From Actinomycetota bacterium (GTDB taxonomy: Bacteria > Actinomycetota > Thermoleophilia > Gaiellales > Gaiellaceae): a stretch of DNA of 44,886 nt. The position numbers and the translations under genes were made by a program. How positions within the stretch are numbered: position 1 is the stretch's first letter; each line of letters begins with the position of its first letter. The DNA is taken from positions 1-44,886 of the forward strand of contig JACCTQ010000121.1 of the NCBI GenBank assembly GCA_013812265.1, read 5' to 3'. Of the stretch, positions 25,632 to 37,151 are shown piece by piece. The notes beneath the pieces are model-generated. The model did no database searches. It saw only the letters and a list, made by a program, of their open reading frames with translations, and was not told the origin of the DNA.

Positions 25632-26794
25632 CCGGCGACGATCGGTTGACCAGGTATTCCGCGCGACGGCGCCTTGCCCCCCAGCCAGGCGTTCACGGTT
25701 GCGCCCACGTCGGAGAACTGGCCCTCGTGGATCCGCCCGGCTGCGTTCTTGCCCTCGACATATGCGAGCAGAAGCGCATGCTCGCGGGAGTGATCGGTCG
25801 AGGGTGTGGTCGGATCGCAGCCGTGGTCGGACGTCAGGATCAAAAGGTCACCGGGACGCAGCGCGTCGAGCAGGTCGGGGAGGCGGCGGTCGAAGTCCTG
25901 GAGGCACCGGTGGAAGTTGACCGGGTCGTTGCGGTGTCCCCAGAGCATGTCGGTCTCGACCAGGTTGGTGAACACGAAGCCGGCGTCGAGCTCGCGCAGA
26001 AGCCGCTCGGTGATCGTGATGCCTTCGACGTTCGACCTGGTGGGATGCGACTCGTCGATGTCGCATCCGGCGAAGATGTCGTGGATCTTTCCGACTCCGT
26101 GGACCGCTGCTCCGGCAGCCCGGACGAGTGAGAGGTAGTTCGGCCGCCGGGGTTCCAGCGAGTAGTCGTGCCTGTTCGGAGTGCGCTCGTAGTTGCCCGG
26201 ATTGCCAGAGAACGGGCGCGCAATCACGCGTCCGACCGCATGGTTTCCCGCGAGCAGCTCCCGCGCGATCTCGCACGCCCCGTACAGCTCCGCGAGTGGG
26301 ATGGTGTCCTCATGAGCCGCGATCTGAAAGACCGAATCGGCCGACGTGTAGACGATCCACTTGCCCGTGGACTGATGCTCCTCACCGAGCTCCTGGATGA
26401 TCTCGGTGCCGGACGCGGGCCGGTTCCCGAGGACGCCCCGACCCGTGCGGTGCATGAAGGGATCGATCACCTCGAAGGGGAATCCGTGCGGATAGGTGGG
26501 CAGCGCCTGTGGCATGACGACGCCCATTAGCTCCCAGTGCCCCGTCGTCGTGTCCTTCCCTTTCGAGCGCGCGATCAGGCGACCGGCCACGGCGGGGGCA
26601 CCCGGCTGGGGCGGACAGCCCTCGAGCGGCTCCACATTGCCAAGACCGAGCGCCTCCAAACTCGGAAGGTCGAGGCCGCCAACCAAGCGGGCAACGTTGC
26701 CGAGCGTGTCCGAGCCTTCGTCCCCGTAGGCGGCCGCGTCGGGTAGGGCCCCTGCCCCGACGGCGTCGAGCACGATGACGCACGCGCGCGGCAC
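25628..26794 (-). CDS. deoB: Phosphopentomutase
   Basis: (V)PRACVIVLDAVGAGALPDAAAYGDEGSDTLGN...TSDHGCDPT... is typical of DeoB. Confidence 0.93.
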   Translation of the reverse strand: MPRACVIVLDAVGAGALPDAAAYGDEGSDTLGNVARLVGGLDLPSLEALGLGNVEPLEGCPPQPGAPAVAGRLIARSKGKDTTTGHWELMGVVMPQALPTYPHGFPFEVIDPFMHRTGRGVLGNRPASGTEIIQELGEEHQSTGKWIVYTSADSVFQIAAHEDTIPLAELYGACEIARELLAGNHAVGRVIARPFSGNPGNYERTPNRHDYSLEPRRPNYLSLVRAAGAAVHGVGKIHDIFAGCDIDESHPTRSNVEGITITERLLRELDAGFVFTNLVETDMLWGHRNDPVNFHRCLQDFDRRLPDLLDALRPGDLLILTSDHGCDPTTPSTDHSREHALLLAYVEGKNAAGRIHEGQFSDVGATVNAWLGGKAPSRGIPGQPIVAG

Positions 26795-26814
26795 CCCGCT
26801 ATTCTAGGGCGCGA

Positions 26815-26961
26815 ATGGAGACGATCCTCGGTCTGATCGGCCTCGTCGCTTTCATGGTCGCCGTGATCTCTGTCGCCGCCGGCATCACATGGTCGGTCGT
26901 CAAGCTCACGCCGGGCAGGTCGAAGGAGAACGCCGCTCCTCCGGCTGGCGAGCAGACCTAG
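26815..26961 (+). CDS. Candidate small single-pass membrane protein (48 aa, below the track cutoff)
   Basis: My translation is METILGLIGLVAFMVAVISVAAGITWSVVKLTPGRSKENAAPPAGEQT*. 41 of 48 third positions are G/C and second positions are GC-poor, which is coding-like. The stop overlaps the ald stop in a CTAG palindrome. Confidence 0.5.
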   Translation: METILGLIGLVAFMVAVISVAAGITWSVVKLTPGRSKENAAPPAGEQT

Positions 26962-28082
26962 ACGCGAGACAGCGGCAGCACGTCTTCCAGCGGGACGTAA
27001 TCGAGGCCGTGCGCTTCCGCAACCGCCTCGTACGTGACGTTGCCGTGGAGCACGTTGACACCGCGCGCCAGTGCGGGATCCCGGGCTACCGCGTCAGCCA
27101 ACCCGTAGTCCGCGATCGCCTCGATGTACGGGAGTGTCGCGTTCGTGAGCCCTTTAGTGGAGGTCACAGGCACAGCCCCGGGCATGTTCGCAACGCAGTA
27201 GTGGATGACGCCGTCGACCGTATACACCGGCGCGCTGTGGGTGGTCGGCCGTGACGTCTCCGAGCACCCACCCTGATCGATCGCCACGTCACAGAGGACC
27301 GCACCGTTCTTCATGCCGCGAATCGTGTCCCGAGTCAGAAGCCTGGGCGCGAGGGCGCCCGGGATCAGAACTGCGCCGATGACCACGTCCGCCTCGGCCA
27401 CCGACTCCTCGATCTGGAGGCGAGAGGACATGACGAGGCTGACCCGTCCGAACAGTACTTCGTCGAGGTGGCGCATCCGGTCGATCGAGCGCTCGAGGAT
27501 CATGACGTTCGCGCCGAGGCCGAGTGCGATGACCGCAGCGTTGTAACCGACGATCCCTCCGCCGATCACTACCACATTCCCGGGCGCGACACCGGGGACA
27601 CCGCCGAGCAATAGGCCGCGGCCACCTAGCGGCTTCTCGAGAAAGTACGCGCCCGCCTGCGCCGCGAGACGCCCTGCGATCTCGCTCATCGGGGCGAGCA
27701 GCGGCAGGGCGCGGTTGTCGGTCTCCACCGTCTCGTAGGCGATGCAGGCGGCCCCGCTGTCGACGAGCCCCCTCGTCAGGTCTTCGGTTGCGGCAAGGTG
27801 GAGATACGTGAAGAGGACGACGTCTTCTCGGATTCGCGGGTACTCCTCGGGCAGCGGCTCCTTGACCTTGACGACGAGCTCCGACTGCAACCACACATCA
27901 TCGACGTCGGCGACCGCAGCGCCCACGGCCGTGTATGCGGCGTCTGGAAAGGCGCTACCCTCCCCCGCCCCCGTCTCCACCAGAACCTCGTGGCCGCGCT
28001 GGATCAGCTCGAGTGCCCCGGCGGGGGTGAGCGCAACGCGGTACTCATCGGATTTGATCTCCCGGGCGACGCCGACCCTCAC
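26958..28082 (-). CDS. ald: Alanine dehydrogenase
   Basis: (V)RVGVAREIKSDEYRVALTPAGALELIQRGHEVLVETGAG...VVVIGGGIVGYNAA... is typical of Ald. GTG start. Confidence 0.95.
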   Translation of the reverse strand: MRVGVAREIKSDEYRVALTPAGALELIQRGHEVLVETGAGEGSAFPDAAYTAVGAAVADVDDVWLQSELVVKVKEPLPEEYPRIREDVVLFTYLHLAATEDLTRGLVDSGAACIAYETVETDNRALPLLAPMSEIAGRLAAQAGAYFLEKPLGGRGLLLGGVPGVAPGNVVVIGGGIVGYNAAVIALGLGANVMILERSIDRMRHLDEVLFGRVSLVMSSRLQIEESVAEADVVIGAVLIPGALAPRLLTRDTIRGMKNGAVLCDVAIDQGGCSETSRPTTHSAPVYTVDGVIHYCVANMPGAVPVTSTKGLTNATLPYIEAIADYGLADAVARDPALARGVNVLHGNVTYEAVAEAHGLDYVPLEDVLPLSRV

Positions 28083-28315
28083 CGGCGCTCACCGCTCAGG
28101 TGGCTGGCAGGCTGCGGGAGTCGTGAACGCGGGAAGGAAGCCATGGAAGAGCGGGCGGAACGATAGCTTGAGGCTTCCAACTTTGACACTTTCGGCGCAC
28201 TCTCGTACCCATGGGTGCGTTTTTTCCCGCTACGCTCGTCAGCGGTGGGTGGTTCGCGGTCGGCCCGAACCCACAAGCGAGAAAATGGCGGCCGCGCGGC
28301 CCGTTCAGCGCCCTG

Positions 28316-28483
28316 CTAGTCGTTCCACGAGCCTGCGCTCGTCTTCGCCGAAGCACGGCGGAGACCCAGCCGCCGCGTTCTCGCGCGCCGGGTCGGCTTG
28401 GAGGTGGCGGGGATGACGACATCCACGCGGTCATCGGACAACGTCCACTTGAGAAGAACTCTGCGGCCACATCTGCACACCAT
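28316..28483 (-). CDS. Possible small basic protein (55 aa) coupled to the DUF3866-like gene
   Basis: ATG 28483..28481 shares one base with the upstream TGA (TGATG). MVCRCGRRVLLKWTLSDDRVDVVIPATSKPTRRARTRRLGLRRASAKTSAGSWND*. GC3 is only moderately coding-like (about 43 of 55) and I recognise no family. Confidence 0.3.
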   Translation of the reverse strand: MVCRCGRRVLLKWTLSDDRVDVVIPATSKPTRRARTRRLGLRRASAKTSAGSWND

Positions 28484-29472
28484 CAACGAACCAGGCTTCG
28501 CGCCAACCGGCCCGCGGCGAAGGCGGAGGCGAAAAACCAAGGGTCCTCATCCGGGCCACGACCCATATGGTCGAGCGGCAGGTCGGCGCACGTGGTCTCC
28601 CAGCCGGTGACATCGACCTCCTCGCGGCGGTGCAGCCAGGCCGGCGGCGGCAGGCCGTGCGGCCACGCCGTGACAAAGCTTCCAAGGCAGAGCTCCAGCG
28701 CTGCCCGGCTGTGGTGGGAGACCCCGCGGTGGCGCTCCCGGACATCCTGGGTCGAGACACGCACCGCGAGAACGGGGGCACCCTGGAGAGCAGCGGCCGC
28801 GTTGGCAGCATCGGTGGCCGCGAGACCCCCGTGACCAAGGTGCGAGCCGGTGCCTGCGATCCCGGGGCCGACGGCGCAGACCACCGCGTCGAACTCCTCG
28901 GTTCCTGCCCACGCGAGAGCCGAGTAGACGTTCATGCACTGGACATCGCCGTCGAGACACGCGCCGACCCCGACCGCCGCCTCTATCAGCCTCCTCGTCT
29001 TCAGCGCCCGGATGGCGTCGGATAGCGACACGGGCAGCGCGCCGCCCGGGAGCTGCACGTACGCAAGACGAAGCCCGTAACCGAGTCCTGCGCATACGGG
29101 GGCAACCTGGCTGTGAAGGGAGCAGCAAACGACCGGCATTCCATCCAGGGTGTCGGCGAGGGGCCCGTCCTCTTCCGCGTACCGCACCGCAGACTGGAGC
29201 GGCGTGTACGGGAGCCTCATGACGTGCGCGCCCTCGTCCGGCGAAAGCTCGAGCCCACGTGTGAGGTTGACGTAGAGCACGTCGAAGCCTCCTGATCCAA
29301 GCCCGAGCAACCTGGCCTGCACATTGACCACGACCTCGTCGCCGAGCGCAACGGGACCCGCCAGACCGGGATACGACAAGCACGGGACGCCGTCCACCTC
29401 GATCCGCACGAGCCCCTCGACGCGTTCGACCACCGCTGTCACGGTTCCACGGCGAAGCGAAAGGGGGCTCAC
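28483..29472 (-). CDS. Conserved hypothetical protein, DUF3866-like
   Basis: 329 aa, protein-like throughout (...RRGTVTAVVERVEGLVRIEVDG...VVCCSLHSQVAPVCAG...VGPGIAGTGSHLGHGG...). The family name comes from memory of the pattern, not from a search. GTGA overlap with the M20 gene. Confidence 0.7.
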   Translation of the reverse strand: MSPLSLRRGTVTAVVERVEGLVRIEVDGVPCLSYPGLAGPVALGDEVVVNVQARLLGLGSGGFDVLYVNLTRGLELSPDEGAHVMRLPYTPLQSAVRYAEEDGPLADTLDGMPVVCCSLHSQVAPVCAGLGYGLRLAYVQLPGGALPVSLSDAIRALKTRRLIEAAVGVGACLDGDVQCMNVYSALAWAGTEEFDAVVCAVGPGIAGTGSHLGHGGLAATDAANAAAALQGAPVLAVRVSTQDVRERHRGVSHHSRAALELCLGSFVTAWPHGLPPPAWLHRREEVDVTGWETTCADLPLDHMGRGPDEDPWFFASAFAAGRLARSLVR

Positions 29473-30608
29473 TCGTCCGCGTGCAGCGCGGCGTCGACGA
29501 GCGCGAGCGTCACGTCGACCATGCTCTCCAGATCGGCGACGGCGATGTGCTCATCGGGCGTATGGATGCTCGCCATGCCGTTCGCGAGATTGAGGCAGGC
29601 GAGGCCGCGTTCGTTGAAGACGTTGGCATCCGCCCCGCCGCCGGTGAGCCCGTACCGGGGCAGGTGGCCCGTGCTTCGGAGCGCTCGGGTCGCAAGCTCC
29701 ACCGGCAGATCGCCTTCCTTGAACCGGTAACCCCTCGAGCCTTCCAAAACCCGTGTCTCCACCTCACATTCGCCGACCCCGGCGGCGAACGTGATCGCGT
29801 CGAGCATCTCCTGCACGAGATCTGCGAGCTTGCCTTCGTCGTGCGAGCGCGCCTCGGCAACCAGCCCGCAGTGCTCGGGAACGACGTTCCGGGCTGTTCC
29901 GCCGGTGATGACGCCCACGTTCGCGGTCGTCTCGTCGTCGAGCCGGCCGAGCCGAAGATCCGCGACCGCCCGGGCCGCCGCGGCGATCGCCGAACGTCCC
30001 TCCTCGGGGTACATGCCGGCATGCGCCGCTCGGCCATGAAAGCGCACGTCCACGGAGCGCTGGTGTGGCGCTCCGAGCACGATGTCCCCGATGGGAGCGG
30101 CTTGGTCGTAGACGAACCCGACACGCGCGTGCAGGCGGGCAGCGTCGAACGCCTTGGCCCCGAGGAGGCCGACCTCCTCCTTCGTCGTCAGCAGGAGCTC
30201 GACACCGGCATGAGGCCGATCCTGCTCGACGATCCGGGCGATCGCCTCGAGCATGCTGGCCACCGCGGCCTTGTTGTCGGCCCCGAGGATCGTGCCTGCG
30301 GCGTTGCGGACGACGCCTTCCGCGACCAGCGGCTCGATCGGGCCTTCCGGCGGAACGGTGTCGAGGTGAGCGCACAGGAAGATCGGCACGCCGCGCGCCT
30401 CGGTGGCGTCGAGCGTGCAGAGCAGGTTGCCCGACGTCGAGCCCACGGAGGGTCCCGAATCGTCCTCGGTCACCTGCAGCCCGAGAGCGCCAAGATGGGC
30501 GATCGCGATGTCGGCCACACACCTCTCCTCGCCCGGGGGGCTGGGAAGAGCGGCCATCGTCTGGAACAACGCGAGCACGTTCTCGCGCGGAGGTTTAGCC
30601 GACCGCAA
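29469..30608 (-). CDS. M20-family metallopeptidase (PepT/tripeptidase-like)
   Basis: ...PSPPGEE...FLCAHLDTVPP...ILGADNKAAVASMLEA...LLLTTKEEVGLLGAKAF...HTPDEH... TTG start at 30608. Confidence 0.88.
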   Translation of the reverse strand: MRSAKPPRENVLALFQTMAALPSPPGEERCVADIAIAHLGALGLQVTEDDSGPSVGSTSGNLLCTLDATEARGVPIFLCAHLDTVPPEGPIEPLVAEGVVRNAAGTILGADNKAAVASMLEAIARIVEQDRPHAGVELLLTTKEEVGLLGAKAFDAARLHARVGFVYDQAAPIGDIVLGAPHQRSVDVRFHGRAAHAGMYPEEGRSAIAAAARAVADLRLGRLDDETTANVGVITGGTARNVVPEHCGLVAEARSHDEGKLADLVQEMLDAITFAAGVGECEVETRVLEGSRGYRFKEGDLPVELATRALRSTGHLPRYGLTGGGADANVFNERGLACLNLANGMASIHTPDEHIAVADLESMVDVTLALVDAALHADE

Positions 30609-30632
30609 ATTTGCTCAAACTTGAGTGAATAT

Positions 30633-30663
30633 TTGACACCCTTCACAGTGGTGTGTTATGAAT
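30633..30663 (+). promoter_or_regulatory. Candidate strong promoter for the trmB-like gene
   Basis: Consensus TTGACA (30633..30638), an 18-nt spacer, then TATGAA(T) (30657..30663), preceded by TGT (extended -10-like). It sits in a locally AT-rich stretch. The inverted repeat ACACC-N9-GGTGT (30636..30654) lies in the spacer. Confidence 0.4.
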
Positions 30664-30761
30664 CCAGTGGGCGGGCGCAGTTTTCCCTCTCTGTCGTGAA
30701 CGTTGGTGGGGGCCCGATGCGGCGGGGCCCCATCCAACGTGGTCGTTGTTCCGAACTTTTG

Positions 30762-31598
30762 ATGCCTGACACTCCTGCCGTCGACCAGCTTATGCGGCTC
30801 GGTCTGACCACGTACGAGGCAAAGGCGTACCTCGCGCTCATCCGGCGCGACTCGTCGTCTGCCTCAGAGGTGGCGCGCGTCGCCCGTCTGCCGAGACAGC
30901 GAATCTACGACGTGCTGGCGAGCCTGACTCAGAAGGGTCTCGCCACCACGCATCCGGGGAGCCCGGCCGCGTACGGTGCGACCGCGCCCGAGGCGGCGGT
31001 CTCGCGCCTGCTCGCGAGCCACCGCCAGGAGCTGGCGAGCCTGGAGCGTCAGGCCGAGACCATGGTCGAACACCTGACGCCGGCCTACCGGGAAGGACAG
31101 ACCTTCACCGATCCACTCGAGTACATCGAGGTGCTGCGAGACCCCCGCACCATCACGGAGCGCTTCAACGAGCTGCAGGGGAACGTGAAGCGGGAGATCC
31201 TCGTTTTCACCAGACCGCCCTACGCGCTGACCCCCGCGCAGAACGTGGAGGGACTGCGCCTCCTCGCCGAGCACACGGCCAAGGGTGTCTACGAGTTCTC
31301 CCTCTTCGATGACACCAACGACGTCGACGCGGTTCGCCGCTTCATCGAAGCAGGCGAGCAGGCGCGGTTCGTCGCCGAGCTGCCGCTCAAGCTGGCGATC
31401 ATCGACGAGACGATCGTAATGTTCGGCATGCAGGACCCGCTCGCGGGCAGCGCCGACCTCACGATGGTCGTCGTGGAGCATCCTTCGCTGGCGCACGTGC
31501 TCAAGATCGCATTCCTTGCGGTCTGGGAGCAGGGGCTCACCTTCGACGAAGCGCTGCAGCGCTTCGGCAGCCGCGCGGTCGAGCGAAAAGCTTCCTAG
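30762..31598 (+). CDS. TrmB-family transcriptional regulator
   Basis: MPDTPAVDQLMRLGLTTYEAKAYLALIRRDSSSASEVARVARLPRQRIYDVLASLTQKGL... is a TrmB winged HTH, followed by a TrmB-type C-terminal domain. The rest of track ORF 29481..31598 is antisense to the M20 gene. An alternative start is ATG 30717. Confidence 0.85.
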   Translation: MPDTPAVDQLMRLGLTTYEAKAYLALIRRDSSSASEVARVARLPRQRIYDVLASLTQKGLATTHPGSPAAYGATAPEAAVSRLLASHRQELASLERQAETMVEHLTPAYREGQTFTDPLEYIEVLRDPRTITERFNELQGNVKREILVFTRPPYALTPAQNVEGLRLLAEHTAKGVYEFSLFDDTNDVDAVRRFIEAGEQARFVAELPLKLAIIDETIVMFGMQDPLAGSADLTMVVVEHPSLAHVLKIAFLAVWEQGLTFDEALQRFGSRAVERKAS

Positions 31599-31600
31599 AG

Positions 31601-34531
<2,931 letters not shown>

Positions 34532-34535
<4 letters not shown>

Positions 34536-35440
34536 CGGCGCGGCGGTGCCGGGGCAACAGGCTCGATCGCCGGCACGGCCCCGTCCGAGGCGTCTTTGAC
34601 GCCGTAGCTGCCGCGCTGCCCTCCGGCGAGCAGGACCGCCAGCGACACGCGTCCGACGGGCGTGTCGACAGCGTCGACACTCGAGAACGCGACGCGCCGG
34701 TAGAGGCCGGCGGACGAGGGCCGCTGCGCCATCGCCTCCACGCCCACGACCGGGACGGATCCGGCGAGCCCACTGTAGAACCCGAGCAGGAACCGCCCCG
34801 TGGGATCGCGTTGCGGCGGCGCCGATCGCATCACCACGACGCCGTCCGCCGGCCGTTTCCCGCTCCCCAGACGTTCCTCCACGAGTGCGCTCGAGAGGCT
34901 GTCCCAGAGTGGTGTATTGCCGCCGGCGACGAGCTCATGCCCGAGATCGCGGCCGAGGTCCGCGAGCGCCCGCTCGTTCATGTAGTCAGCGAGCCCGGGG
35001 CGGGCTTCGGCCGCCGCGTCCAGCGCCTGCGTCCCGAGCGGAACGGCCAGAGCTCGCAGGCGAACGATCGTTCCTCCGGCGTCCTCGACCGCCTCGGACA
35101 CCGCGGAGCTGACGGCGGCATCGACCGAGCCCACGAAGACGATGGCGATCCTCTTCCCCACGAGACGGTCCTGCATGACCGCTCCGTACGCCGCCTCGAC
35201 GAACGCCTCAGCGGCCTTCTGCTGCTGATTCCGGGTCGAAGCTACTTCGAGACGCTCGTTCAACCGGTCGACCTCGTCCTGGAGCTTGACGAGACGAGTG
35301 CTGTCGGCGAGACCGGGATCCGAGATGCCGACGCCCACGAGAATGCCGATCATGAGCGCGAGGAAGACGGCCGCGAGCGATGCAACGTGGTAGCGGAGGT
35401 CAAACAACCTTTTTCCGCTTCGCGCAAAAAGCTTGACCAA
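34532..35440 (-). CDS. Copper-transporter MctB-family membrane-anchored protein
   Basis: ...FDLRYHVASLAAVFLALMIGILVGVG...LQDEVDRLNERLE... has the MctB-type N-terminus and the same position as Rv1698 between the steA homologue and pyrG. The start is TTG 35440 or, closer to family N-termini, TTG 35407. Confidence 0.78.
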
Positions 35441-35571
35441 AAAGGGAAACCGGTATCGCCCTCAGCGGGTCTTGCTCCTTTAACTTCCGCTGCCGCGGAA
35501 GTTGCCCTTCGGGCAAAAGCTCTATCGAGGGAAAAGCGCCTTTCCGCCTCATAGGTGCTGGTGCGTCCTTC

Positions 35572-36018
35572 CTAGACTTCTGCGGCGATAGCCGCAGAAG
35601 TCTGGCACAGCGCTCGCAGGCGGCCGAGCGCCTGCCGCGGTAGCGGACGGAGGCCTTCGAGAGGGATACGCCACCAGGCGGCCGCGAGCGCGATCTCGAC
35701 CGCACTTCCGTCGGCCACCGCCTCGATCCGCGCTTCTCCGACGAAATCTTGCTGAAGGTCCCGCCAGGCGAGAACCCGGCCCGGCTCCACGAGCGTGATC
35801 ACGACCAGGCCATCACCGCCTGGACGGCGCAGCAGGCCGGGCGCACCCGCGCGGACGATGCCCCAGCGGGCCCCTTCGGTCACCCCGCGCCGGTCGGGAC
35901 GGACGGCCGCGTACCCGGGCCACCAGTCCGACAGATGGTGTGGCTCGGCGAGCAGTGCCCACAGATCGTCCGGCGGCGCCTCGACGTGCCCGGATGCCGA
36001 GAGGCGCACTAGTTTCAA
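35572..36018 (-). CDS. SRPBCC (START/polyketide-cyclase-like) family protein
   Basis: Only the C-terminal 148 codons of track ORF 35572..37353 are credible: (L)KLVRLSASGHVEAPPDDLWALLAEPHHLSDWWPGY... TTG 36018..36016 overlaps the steA TGA (TTGA). Confidence 0.7.
   Translation of the reverse strand: MKLVRLSASGHVEAPPDDLWALLAEPHHLSDWWPGYAAVRPDRRGVTEGARWGIVRAGAPGLLRRPGGDGLVVITLVEPGRVLAWRDLQQDFVGEARIEAVADGSAVEIALAAAWWRIPLEGLRPLPRQALGRLRALCQTSAAIAAEV
35575..35602. repeat. Perfect 12-bp inverted repeat at the 3' end of the SRPBCC gene
   Basis: GACTTCTGCGGC-gata-GCCGCAGAAGTC (35575..35602), immediately before the TAG at 35572..35574 on the minus strand. Confidence 0.7.
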
Positions 36019-37151
36019 CCTATGCCGAGCAGGTCTCGGAGCCGCAGGCTCAGGAGCTCGATGAGATTGCGGAGTCCCGGCGAGGCGAGGACGGCGACCA
36101 CCACCGCTCCGAGCCCGGTGACGGCGAAAGCGGCCAACGGCCACAGGCCCACCCGGCGACTCACGAGGCGGGAGACGCCCTTCGCGTCGATGAGGATCTC
36201 CCCCACCTTGAGGCGCGTCACGAACGTCGACGACATCCCGGCGCGGTCCCGCTCGAGAAACTCGGTCAGGTTGAAGTGCGTCCCCACGGCCACGATCAAC
36301 TCGGCGCCCTTCTCGTAGGCCAGGAGCATCGCCAAGTCTTCGCTCACGCCCGTGGCAGGCACGACCTGGTAGCCGACCCCGAGCCGCGCGAGGCGTGTGG
36401 CGCCCGGCGCTCGGCCCTCCCGGTAGCCGTGCACCACGATCTCGGCGCCCGAGCGAAGCGTGTCGTCCGAGACAGAATCCATGTCGCCGACGATCACGTC
36501 CGGCCGGTAGCCCGCGCCCAGAAGCGCGTCGGAACCGCCATCGACCCCGATCAGGACGGGTTTGAAGTCGCGGATGTAGGGCGCGACGATGCGGAGGTCG
36601 CGCTTGTGACCCGGGCCCCGGGCGACCACGAGTGCGTGCCGGTCGCGGAAGCGGGTCTCCAGCGGCGGGAAGTCGATCCCCTCGGCGAGCAGCCTGCCCT
36701 CCTCGCGCAGGTAGCGCATGGTGTTCGCGGCGAACGCTTCCAGCGCCTCCGTCACCCGGCCCCGCTGCTCCGCGAGGGCCTCGGCGAGCTCCTCGGCACC
36801 CAGGATGCGACCGGACGCGAGCTGCGTCCCGTTGCGAAGGATGGTGCCACCACGGACTGTCACCAGCTCGCCATCGCTGAGCTTTTCGAACAGCGGTGCG
36901 TCGAGAGCGTCGATCAAACGCACGCCGGATCGAACGAGCAGCAGCGGGCCCGGGTTCGGAAACCGGCCGCTGTGCGACCGCGACACGTTCACGACCACCC
37001 GCACGCCCGATTCGACGAGCTCCTCGGCGGACACGCGGTCGAGATCCACGTGGTCGATGACGGCGACGTCGCCGGGCCCGAGCCGGCGAACCAGGTGCTT
37101 CGTCCGCCGATCCAGCCGCGCCGGACCCGTGAACTCTACGAAGGTCGTCAT
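36015..37151 (-). CDS. steA: SteA-family (putative cytokinetic ring) protein
   Basis: MTTFVEFTGPARLDRRTKHLVRRLGPGDVAVIDHVDLD...VLIGVDGGSDALL...DVIVGDMDSVSD... with a C-terminal TM segment. Positional equivalent of Rv1697. ATGA overlap with recN. Confidence 0.88.
   Translation of the reverse strand: MTTFVEFTGPARLDRRTKHLVRRLGPGDVAVIDHVDLDRVSAEELVESGVRVVVNVSRSHSGRFPNPGPLLLVRSGVRLIDALDAPLFEKLSDGELVTVRGGTILRNGTQLASGRILGAEELAEALAEQRGRVTEALEAFAANTMRYLREEGRLLAEGIDFPPLETRFRDRHALVVARGPGHKRDLRIVAPYIRDFKPVLIGVDGGSDALLGAGYRPDVIVGDMDSVSDDTLRSGAEIVVHGYREGRAPGATRLARLGVGYQVVPATGVSEDLAMLLAYEKGAELIVAVGTHFNLTEFLERDRAGMSSTFVTRLKVGEILIDAKGVSRLVSRRVGLWPLAAFAVTGLGAVVVAVLASPGLRNLIELLSLRLRDLLGIG

Noticed and set aside
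28183-28226. Consensus TTGACA followed by a hairpin (CGTACC-catg-GGTGCG) and a T6 run upstream of ald, considered as a small RNA gene
   Set aside because: The putative promoter and the terminator are only about 20 nt apart, and the -10 is poor (TACCCA). No plausible transcript length results.
29481-30761. N-terminal 427 codons of the 705-aa plus-strand ORF 29481..31598
   Set aside because: It is antisense to the M20 peptidase gene and has no recognisable domain. The TrmB-type HTH begins only after ATG 30762.
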